64,000 nucleotides of DNA from Octopus sinensis (Eukaryota), in NCBI RefSeq assembly GCF_006345805.1, contig NC_042999.1, positions 23,622,001-23,686,000 of the forward strand, written 5' to 3'. A program made the translations under genes and the position numbers. This document shows positions 53,637-64,000 of the stretch, in pieces. Numbering within the stretch: position 1 is the first letter of the stretch; the number at the start of each line of letters is the position of its first letter. The notes beneath the pieces were generated by a model. It did not search any database. It was given only the letters and a program-made list of their open reading frames with translations, and was not told the origin of the DNA.

Positions 53637-53861
53637 CGATCTGATTATCTTTCCAGAAGTTTATCATTTAGATATATATGCGCCAATCTAGACACAACTG
53701 TATGCACGAGAATACATACATAAAACAAAACATACAAATCTTCACATGCACTGACTCAAAATATTGCACATATATACGTATATACATACATACACACACA
53801 CACATACATACATACATACATACATACATACATACATACATACATACATACATACATACAT

Positions 53862-54220
53862 GGCTGCCCTCCTCGTTATCGAGTATGGCCATTGCACGAA
53901 GCTTAACTGTTACTGGTGCTGTGATGGAATGTGACTTTTTAGCCCAGTTAAAAATCTACAATGTCTTGTACAGAATTGGCAACTAAAACATTTACCGGTA
54001 ATAGCCGGCTGTAGCTGTAACTGGGCTTTATGTACCTTTGCATGTCGTTAAAGTCCTCCTGCCGAATTACTCTCTTCCACATGCCCAACAGATATGATTA
54101 GTTTGATGTGTAACACCACCACCAGTGGCCAGGTTGTCACTCAACTGTCTCGTTTTATGACTACGAAGATGACTCATGAGTCCAGCTTTACTGAGGCAGG
54201 GTCTTACACAGACATTGCAT
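53862..54220 (-). mobile_element. RTE-clade LINE 3' end
   Basis: CNVCVRPCLSKAGLMSHLRSH C-terminal finger followed by an (ATGT)n tail. Confidence 0.6.
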
Positions 54221-54815
54221 ACATACATACATACATACATACATACATACATACATACATACATACATACATACATACATACATACATACAAAAAATACA
54301 CTGTTGATGTTGAAATTCCAGTGAAGGAGCTTTGGATCTAGGTTAGAATCCGACTCTTTATTAGCAAGAAATCTTGAAAAAAAAAAACTGTATAATAATA
54401 TACATACGCAGATACATATACTGATACATACATACATACATACATACATACATACATAATTATTGTGGTCCTGGGATATATAATACACTGCCCGAATGGC
54501 AATCTTTAGGAATTAGGTTTCTCAAAACCAGAAAGGAGAAAGCTGATACGAAGACTACAGATCCAATTTACTTAAAGCACTTATTTAATCACTTATTTGA
54601 AAATAGCTTAACTTCATACATGTAATACATTGTGAATCGTACCCCCATTTAAATTTTTAAAAATTAATTTGACAAACTATATATAATAATACAGAATATC
54701 AACGGATAAGACTATTACATCCACATGAATAAAAAGAAAACTATAGTAAAAAGTGAAAATTCTCTTAATTAAGTAGAAATTAAATATATTGATTTGGTTA
54801 CTTACCAATATATAT

Positions 54816-54879
<64 letters not shown>

Positions 54880-55332
54880 ATATATATTAATTTTTTTATC
54901 TTCTACTTTTACTCTTTTGGTAGGTGAATAGGATAGGAGTAGTAGCCAGCCTCTAAAAACACAAACAAACCTGAATTCCATTTAGGGTGAATAGTAATTA
55001 ATATGACTTAGTTCTTCAGGTCTACTATTAGCCATTGTCCCCTGTGGTCGTAGTTTAACATCTAGCTATTTTTAGAAAGGAATTCAAAGACACACATGCT
55101 CACACACACACACGCGCACACACATACACACACACACACATACATACATACAAAATCTGTTATCCAGTGTGTAAGGAACTCTCCATCCTTTCGGATGTAA
55201 ATGTATTTATGTCAATTTTGCCCTTTTAAATTCATAATGCAATTTAATTGTAAAATATGAAGGTAGGAATTGAAACGTGCGTAGACGACATGAACTGATT
55301 TTCTGCTATCACATTCTCCATTTTCTTTATAA

Positions 55333-55369
<37 letters not shown>

Positions 55370-55812
55370 TATATATGAATACACACACACACATATTATA
55401 TATGAATACACACACACACACACGCATATATACACAGTGACGTAGAAAATCCTAATTTTACAGCATTAAGAACCTGCTACGAATGGCAGAGAGCAGAAAC
55501 CAGTGACGACGGCTGACTATAAAAGCGTCTTGAGTGGCACTCCATTGACTGTCTACATCAGTTAAGGCATCTTCATGATGATGATGACGATGATGATGAT
55601 GAGATGATGAGGGTGATGATGATGATGGAATTAATTTCCCTTGATACAAATCAGGAAGAATAGGGGAGAGAATGATTAAAAAAGTAAAGAGAAATCGAGA
55701 AAGAAAACAAGTAAAGGATTAGACGGGAAATTCATAATGCGAATTCTACTATATTCCGTTGTAAATAAAGATGTGATTGTGAAATACAACTTCTATTTCT
55801 TTTATACCCTAG

Positions 55813-55923
55813 TCAATCCATGCCATAGGAGACCTTGTAAGAACGGCGGCGCATGTATCAGGAAAGGACATAGTTTCACCTGTAAATGCAGACCTGGTTA
55901 CTCTGGAAGATACTGTAGTACAT
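55813..55923 (+). CDS. EGF exon 14
   Basis: tag/GTAAGT, 111 bp, NPCHRRPCKNGGACIRKGHSFTCKCRPGYSGRYCST. Confidence 0.85.
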
Positions 55924-56090
55924 GTAAGTATAACATAACAAATAGCCATAATTTATAAGCATAGATTTATCATAGATTTTGTTTTACAAATATATTTAAA
56001 GAGCCAAAGTAGGTTCCTCATGAATATGTATTAAGAAATGTGATCGGTTGAATGGCTTGGTTAAAGGAAATATCTTGGGAGAAACTTTAG

Positions 56091-56186
56091 TCAATCCATG
56101 TAAGGACGGCGGCGAATGTATCAGAAAAGGACATAGATTCGCCTGAAAATGCCGTGCTGGTTATACTGGACAATACTGTCTTAAGT
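56091..56186 (+). pseudogene. Dead EGF exon (pseudo-exon)
   Basis: 15-nt deletion (NPC[HSRPC]K), Cys codon changed to TGA at 56144-56146, donor decayed to GTTACT, and a SINE inserted 5 nt downstream. Confidence 0.75.
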
Positions 56187-56919
56187 GTTACTTTTTTATT
56201 TATTTATACAGCCGTTTCAAGCCTAGCCAGGCTTGTGGGCCCGATTTCCCGGTTTCTGTGGCGTATGTGTTCTCCCCAGCTGGACGGGACGCCGGTCCAT
56301 CGCAGCGTTACTCAAGAAACAGGAAGAGAGATTGAGAGAAATTTGGGGCGAAAGAGTACAACAGGCGTCGCCACCACCCCCTGCCGGAGCCTCGTTGAGC
56401 TTTTTAGGTGTTTTCGCTCAATAAACACACACAATGGTCTGGGATTCGAAACCGCGATCTTCCGACCGCGATCTGCTGTCCAAACCACTGGGCCATTGCG
56501 CCTCCATACTTATGTGTTACTATAACATTAAAAATAATCGTAAGGTCTTCTTTTACAAATATATCACAGGAGCTAGGAATGTCATAGACTCATAGAAAGG
56601 AAAGGTAGCTGGACGAGACGCCAGTCCATCGCAGCGTTACTCATTTTTGCCAGCTGAGTGGACTGGAGCAACGTGAAATGAAGTGTTTTGCTCAGGAACA
56701 CAAACGAATTGCCCGGTTCAGGAATAGAAACCACTAAGCCACGCGCCTCCACATTGTATCTAATATATTGATTAATAAATTTCATTCGATTATGTTTTTC
56801 CTTCGACTGTTCTATAGAAGCCATTCTCATGCTAGATGCTAACAAGCTGTTTACACTGATACACACGACCTTGTCTATATACATATATGTATATGCGTAT
56901 GTATTCCTTTATATACTAG

Positions 56920-57030
56920 TTAATCCATGCCACAAGAGACCTTGTAAGAACGGCGGCGTATGTATCAGAAAAGGACAAAGCTTTGCATGTAAATGCCGTC
57001 CTGGTTATGTTGGTCAATATTGTCGTACAC
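56920..57030 (+). CDS. EGF exon 15
   Basis: tag/GTAAGT, 111 bp, NPCHKRPCKNGGVCIRKGQSFACKCRPGYVGQYCRT. Confidence 0.85.
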
Positions 57031-57512
57031 GTAAGTAGAACTTTTAAAATAATCATAGTTTGAAACCATACATTTGTCATAGATTCTTTTGCAAGCATAT
57101 TTGAGGAGTTAACATAAGAGCGTTATGGATACATACAAAGGAAGACAGGAAGGTGATTGCATAAATGCTTCAGTGAATGAAACTATCCAGTTCTGGTTTG
57201 GAAGATCGTTTGGATGTATGTATAGTTATATACATGTATGTATATATGTATGTATGTATATACGTATGTATACTTATATGTATCTATACATATATACATA
57301 CATATAAGACGCCATGATAGATCGTTAGCCACTACACACATTTTTCTCTCTCCCTGTTTCTCTCCTTGTCATCTGTGTTCCTTTCTGTAGAAGAGCGTAG
57401 GCTCGAAACGTAAAAGACTTTTTCTATTCCTGAGCGTTATACTAATACATCTGTTTGTTTTGTACACCACCTGTCTTCGTCTTTAGTTGTTTTTTTCGTA
57501 AACTCTCCCTAT

Positions 57513-57590
<78 letters not shown>

Positions 57591-57714
57591 AATATACACA
57601 TGTAGTACACACGCATATGTATAGATATTTACGTATAAATATATTAAATATATGCATAAATACTAGTATATGTATATATTGTATGTGTGTGTGTGTTGTG
57701 TGTATGTCTGTGTG

Positions 57715-57748
<34 letters not shown>

Positions 57749-58748
57749 TGTATGTATGTATGTATGTATGTATGTACAGGAATAGTTTTACTTCCACACA
57801 TGTATGCATATAAGAAAATAGGTTTTTGCATTGAAATGGCTGCTTTTAATTCAAATTTATTAAAATACTACACCGGTTTCAACACTGGTTGCTTTTGGTT
57901 TTTCACTAGTAAATAAACAATAAAAAAAGAAGGTGAAAATTCGCTCACACACATACCCCCCCCCCCACACACAAACATTTATATGTATGTGTATTTCTCT
58001 TTAATGCCTATTTCTATGGAAACATGAAGAATTTGTCCGAAGAAAGTATAGTCCTTTTTGATAGTCTTTTGAAAGTGCCCTCGATTTTTACTCACTGGGA
58101 ATATAACATTATCAGGATTATCATGTGTTATTTGATTTCAGCAGGTTGAATATCAAGGGTTTCTATTTGGTTCTCTTCTCTGCCATTCTTGCACGTTGAC
58201 CATTTTATAGTTTTGGCAAATCCTTGGTGTATCAACTAGTTTCTTTCTAGACCTTTCCTTCCCGTCTTTGTATACCTTGTGCTTTTACTATATGTCCAAC
58301 GTGCTTTACCTTCCTTTTAATTGAACAGAGAAAATTTCAGACATGGTCTGTCCTGCTTTTATGAAATCTGAAAAGGATAAATGTGAAACTGAAGTTAGAC
58401 GAAAATATTTGAAAACATGTCAAAAACACCAAGGAATATACACATAGAAACAAGGGAAGGGTGGGAGCTGTTTAAACGTTACCTATGGTCCACACAATGA
58501 AATGGTTTATAAACGAGTATTGACGAAAACAAAGTTGAAGCTTTTGAAAGAATATTAAGAAAAAACGTGAAACAAATAATGTTCTAGGACGAGGAAATAC
58601 AAAAAAAGATCGTTATTCTTGACTATTAAAGAATAAAAAGAGGTTAAAGAATTGGGAATGTATACGTAGAAAGAAAAATAATGTTATGTGATTCCTAAGT
58701 GTAAATAAATAAATAAATTGTTTTCATATTTTTTTTCTCTTGTTATAG

Positions 58749-59315
58749 CCTGCCAAACGGCCGTTGCTGATATTGTATTCGTTCTGGATGAATCTGGAAG
58801 TATTACACGTCCAAATTTTAAGACCATAAAAACATTCGTAAAGAATCTCGTCTCAGTTTTCCCAATTTCTAGAAAGCAGGTTCGAATTGGCGTCATTACA
58901 TTTAGCACCCGATTGAAAAACGAGTTTAATCTGAATAGATATTTCACTCACAGACAATTGTATCACGCTATTGACAGAATACAATACAATAGGGGAAGGA
59001 CGAATACTCATTTAGCATTGGATTATCTTAAGAAACACGCATTTCAATCCGAGGCTGGAGGTCGAAGGCATATCCCTCAAATTGCTATTGTCATTACTGA
59101 CGGAAAATCATCTAGACCAGAGCAGACACAACACACTGCTCGAATTCTAAAAGACTCAGGGATTCACATTTATGCCATCGGTATTGGAAAGCAAGTTCCT
59201 AGATCTGAATTGGTAACCATTGCAAGTCATCCAAGCAAGGAATATATCTATGGTATAAATACGTTTAGAGATTTGTCAAAAATCCAGGCAGGCCTAGCAA
59301 GCAAAACTTGCATCG
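58749..59315 (+). CDS. von Willebrand factor A domain exon
   Basis: tgttatag|CC TGC...ATC G|GTAGGT, 567 bp, phase 1-1. ADIVFVLDESGS (DxSxS), GRTNT and IAIVITDG give a complete MIDAS; flanking Cys pair present. Confidence 0.92.
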
Positions 59316-61781
59316 GTAGGTATCATTTGGACTTGATATTAAACCACGCATACACTGCCATACTAATAGATTCAAAACTAAAAACGTATACTCACTTGCA
59401 CACACAACCAAGCGAAACTATCGCAGACATACAAACACAAATACGCATGCGCCAAACATGTATACATCAATCTAATTATGCACACGACAGTTTGCAAAAC
59501 ATTTTCACATGTACATTCACTTAGTTAAGTTTGGTCTTGTATGGATGCTGTTCACTTTCATTGAGAGATGGCAAACTCTCTGCTAGTTGACGTAGATATG
59601 CTGTTAGGATAATCCATTGGCTATTGAATGTAGCCAGTGCCCCCAAGCAGATCGTACACTATTAGGGCGAAATCGCTTCGCAAACATTACTTAAATACCA
59701 TGCATCTGATTGCAATGATTCAAATTACAAAAAAAAACTAAAACAAAAACAAAAAAAACAAAGGAAAGTTTCGTCATTTTAGTAAAATTCGTCATTTTGG
59801 TAAAAGTTTGTCATTTTGTTAAAATATATATTAATTAGAAATATTTCTTTACATATTGATACACACGTATATGCATGAAAATATGCATACAAAAATATTT
59901 GTATGAAAAGATATACGCATGTAAAAATAAACGCATATATTGTGTTGTGTTGTGACCCCCTTCGGTCATGAATGACCACGGGATTGCACCTAGAAAGTTA
60001 CCCTCCGAGGCACAACTCTGGGCTAGGTTGTTTATGGAAGACCACTAGTCGCCCACGCATACCACCCTCCTCTCTCTACGCGACCGATGTTATCCAAGAG
60101 AAAGGCAAAGGCCGATACAGCTTGGCACCAGTGACATCGCAGCTCATTTATTAACGTACAAGTGGCTGAGCACACCACAGACACGTGTATCCTTAACGTA
60201 GTTCTCGGGGAGATTCAGCGTGACACAGAGTGTGACAAGGCTGGCCCTTTGAAATACAGGTACAACTGAAACAGAGAGAAAGAGTGAGTGGAAGTTGTGG
60301 TGAAAGAATACAGCAGGGTTCACCTGCCACCCCCTTTCGGACCCTCGTGGAGCTTTAGATGTTTTCGCTCAATAAACACGCACAATGCCCGGTCTGGGAA
60401 TCGAAACCGCGATCCTACGACCTCGAGTTCGCTGCCTAACCACTGGGCCATTGCGATTCCACAAACGCATATATACATGCAAAAGAACAACCATGCATAT
60501 ATACATCCTTATATTTATAAACAATGTATGTAAGAACAAGCAAGCAAGCATACAGAACAGCTGGTTAAATTTTTATTATCACCAAATGGGAAGAGCGTAT
60601 TTATGCCAATAATTCAGTCAATGTTCTCGTTCTATGGGTGTTTGCAGCGGCACATGTTGGTATAGAAGCCATAAATCGTGATTCTGCATCACCTTTAACT
60701 GAGAAGAGACATTTATGTAACATCAGGTGGGCTTAAAAAGAACTCATCTCTCAGCCACTCATTAAGCAAGCAACTGTCATACCCACACTCGTTATAGGAT
60801 CGTCTACCATAATACCATAATACACAAGCACACACACACTCACATTTTTTGTTTCTTAATATATTCTTTTAGTCTTTCAGTCATTTAGCTGCGGCAAAGC
60901 TGGAGCACCACCTTGAACGGTTTTTAGTGGAACAAATCGACCACTGGACTTATTTTTTAAAGCCCAGTACTTATTCTATCGATGTCTTTTGCTGAACGGC
61001 TAAGTTACCGGGACGTAAACACACCGACATCGGTTGTCAAGCGATAATAGATGTGGTGGGTAAACACAGACACAAACACAGACACACAAAGACACACACT
61101 CACACAACCCTCACACTTGGGGTTGTTTCAGTTTCCTTTTACCAAATCCATTCACAAGGCTTTAGTCGGCAAGAGGCTATGGTAGAAGACACTTGTCCAA
61201 GGTGCCACGCAGTGGGACGGAACCTGGAATCATGTGGTTGGGGAGCAAGCTTCCTCCCACATAGCCACGCCTACGCCAACGCCTCTATAATTATATATTT
61301 TATATTTATGTAAATATTTATACCTGTCGGAGTGTGTGGCACTCATCATCGGAAGATTGAGATTTCAATTCCTGGATCGATCGATGAGTTGTGTTTTTGA
61401 GCAAAACACTTCATTTCACGTTGCTCCAGTCCACTTAGCTGGCAAAAATGTGTAAACATGTGATGGACCGGTATCCCGTCCAAGTAGGGAAGGTCATAGG
61501 AAACCGGCCTGTTGAGCGTATGACTTATATACATATAAGAGGGATGACCACTACGTGGACATTCATATGCTAAAAGTAGATCCGCTATGGTCTTACCACT
61601 GAGAAAGGTATATTCTCAAGTGGATCTACTTCTAGCATATGGATTTCAACGTAGTGGTCATCCCTCTTATGCGTATGTAATATAATTTTTCTGTATCTTT
61701 TAGATTTTAATATGCTAGACCACTGGTTTTAAATTGATATTAATCAAATTAATATTCAATTTTTCACCCTTATTATTTTAA

Positions 61782-61842
<61 letters not shown>

Positions 61843-61970
61843 TGCGCCTATGTATGCTGTGAAGTATTCCGATGCTGTGAAATATATTAAGTGATTAAGA
61901 ACACTGACTTCTGAAATTTGTCCCCTCTCTCTTCATTTTATATCTATGTATATATATCTTATACTTTTAG

Positions 61971-62084
61971 CATCAGAGCCCTGCAAGAAGAATCCTTGTC
62001 AAAACGGAGGAAAATGTGTGAATTTATGGAAGGATTTCAAGTGTATTTGTGATTCAGGCTTCCGAGGAAAACGTTGCGAAATAG
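61971..62084 (+). CDS. EGF exon 16 (post-vWA)
   Basis: ttttag/GTAATT, 114 bp, SEPCKKNPCQNGGKCVNLWKDFKCICDSGFRGKRCEI. Confidence 0.85.
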
Positions 62085-62470
62085 GTAATTTTTGGGAAGC
62101 ATATTATTTACATGGTTGTTTGATACGCTCCCCACACTCTCTTTCCCTCTTACACACAGACATACACACACGTACCTTCGAAACACGGAGTAGACGAAAT
62201 GGAGGCGGCTGAAAAAGGGGAATTTTCCTTGTGTTGTATGTCTTGCACCCTGTTTTTTCGTTGTTTAAAAAAAATGTCAGTTTCCATGGTTCTGTTTTTA
62301 TGTTTTCGTTTCTCATTGTGTTGGACGTTTTTTTTTGTTGTCCTGTACCCATATATGCATGTATATATACATATAGATGTAGGTACGTACATATATGTAT
62401 GTATATATGCATATGTTTTATTTATTATTTTGTTATATATATATATATCTTTGTTCATTTATTCACACAG

Positions 62471-62581
62471 TTGATCCTTGCAGTAGTTCTCCATGTAAAA
62501 ACAATGGAACTTGTATAAACGAAGGTTACGAGTTTAGATGCCAATGTCGAAGCGGCTTTCGAGGAGATCTCTGTTCTATAG
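62471..62581 (+). CDS. EGF exon 17 (post-vWA)
   Basis: cacag/GTATGT, 111 bp, DPCSSSPCKNNGTCINEGYEFRCQCRSGFRGDLCSI. Confidence 0.85.
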
Positions 62582-62956
62582 GTATGTATAAATATCATCA
62601 TCCTAAATTGATTAAACGACATCCATTATATCGTATGATCTATTTTAAATAATTTAATTAATGTATCCGTTCATTATAATACTTTCTGGGAGATTCACCG
62701 TTAATATCCGGTCTGTGCTTGTTTTTGATCTTCGAAGAAGTGTTCTAAACACTTTTGGCTCATCAGTTTAAGAGGACTTCCTGCTAACGCATTGTTTCGG
62801 CCTCGTTATGTGTCTCATCAGACGAAGCTACCACACGGCCGGGCCACTGAATGTCACAAGAGCATGAGCGTTTATTTATAGTAAATAGCTAACAAATTAT
62901 TCATCTCTTATGTATATACGTACATATACACATTTATCTATTTTTTAAAAATATAG

Positions 62957-63067
62957 TTGATCCCTGCAGTAGTTCCCCCTGTAAAAACAATGGAATCTGT
63001 AAAAACAATGGATACGAGTTTAGTTGTCAGTGTCGAGACGGATTCAGAGGCGATGTCTGTAATATAG
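62957..63067 (+). CDS. EGF exon 18 (post-vWA); the gene probably continues past the window end
   Basis: atatag/GTAAGT, 111 bp, DPCSSSPCKNNGICKNNGYEFSCQCRDGFRGDVCNI. Confidence 0.85.
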   Translation: MIPAVVPPVKTMESVKTMDTSLVVSVETDSEAMSVI

Positions 63068-64000
63068 GTAAGTATAAAAAGCATCACCGGAAATTATTTA
63101 AATGATTTATTGATTATATTGATGATAGAAAATTATCCTAAAATATTAACCATATCTTTTGCAGTTAATATTTATTGATTGTTGCATTTAGGAAAAATCA
63201 TAAACGACAAAGCTTATAAAACACACACCTGATATTTTTTATTCACTTATTTTTTTAAAGATGAGTTAACTGAAGACAATTGCCAGTGTTTTCGAAAGAT
63301 TTAGATTCTAGTTAAATGCAATAGCATTAGTTTCAGGACTTGGTTCATATAAAAATTCTTGTAAAACACATTGAAAATGTAAAACTCTTTATTTCAATAA
63401 TATATCTATTCATTCTTAATCCTTTCTGGCATCTTCGGACGTGAATATCGAATCCGCAATTGTTTTTCGTCACCGGAGGATGCTTCCTTCCTCTAGGTGA
63501 TGTGTATTCATAACAAACCTGATTCACCTGTTCACCGTTGTGAGAGGACTTCGAAACACTGTGGTGTTTCGACCTCGTTGAATGTCTGCTTGGTGAATGA
63601 TAGCCTACAGCCGGAATCGATTAATCTAGTAAAAGTGCGAGCTCTTGTTAATAGGAATCAGCAATGAAATAGTTCCCTGAAGCCTACACTAGTAATATCT
63701 TTTATATTTACTCGTAGGAGTGGCTGTGTGGTAAATAGCTTGCTTACCAACCACATGGTTCCCGGCTCAGTCCCACTGCGTGGCACCTTGGGCAAGTGTC
63801 TTCTACTATAGCCTCGGGTCGACCAAAGCCTTGTGAGTGGATTTGGTAGGCGGAAACTGAAAGAAGCCCGCCGTATATATGTATATATATATATGTATGT
63901 GTGTGCATATATTTGGGTGTCTGTGTTTGTCTCCCTCCCAACATCGCTTGATGCTGGTGTGTATACATCCCCGTAACTTAGCGGTTCGGCAAAAGAGACC

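Overview
AT-rich, microsatellite- and SINE-dense animal genomic DNA. The repeat landscape suggests a mollusc, probably Octopus (inference). A 100-N scaffold gap at 32169-32268 splits the window. Left of the gap is an odd-skipped-related C2H2 zinc-finger gene on the minus strand: three phase-compatible exons (8242-8568, 3822-4794, 257-412), with the remaining fingers outside the window. Right of the gap is a plus-strand extracellular-type gene built from symmetric phase-1 exons: 15 tandem 111-bp EGF exons (ten nearly identical, each about +6 to +8 in charge), one dead EGF exon, a 567-bp vWA exon with an intact MIDAS motif, then at least 3 more EGF exons of a different class. The introns hold several hammerhead-ribozyme folds, some in head-to-head inverted repeats like Penelope pseudo-LTRs. 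Also present are a Merlin/IS1595-type transposase relic, three MITEs with GG termini and 8-9 bp target-site duplications, two non-autonomous Helitrons, LINE and Penelope fragments, and many SINEs. All calls were made by eye; no searches or folding programs were run, and repeat boundaries are approximate.
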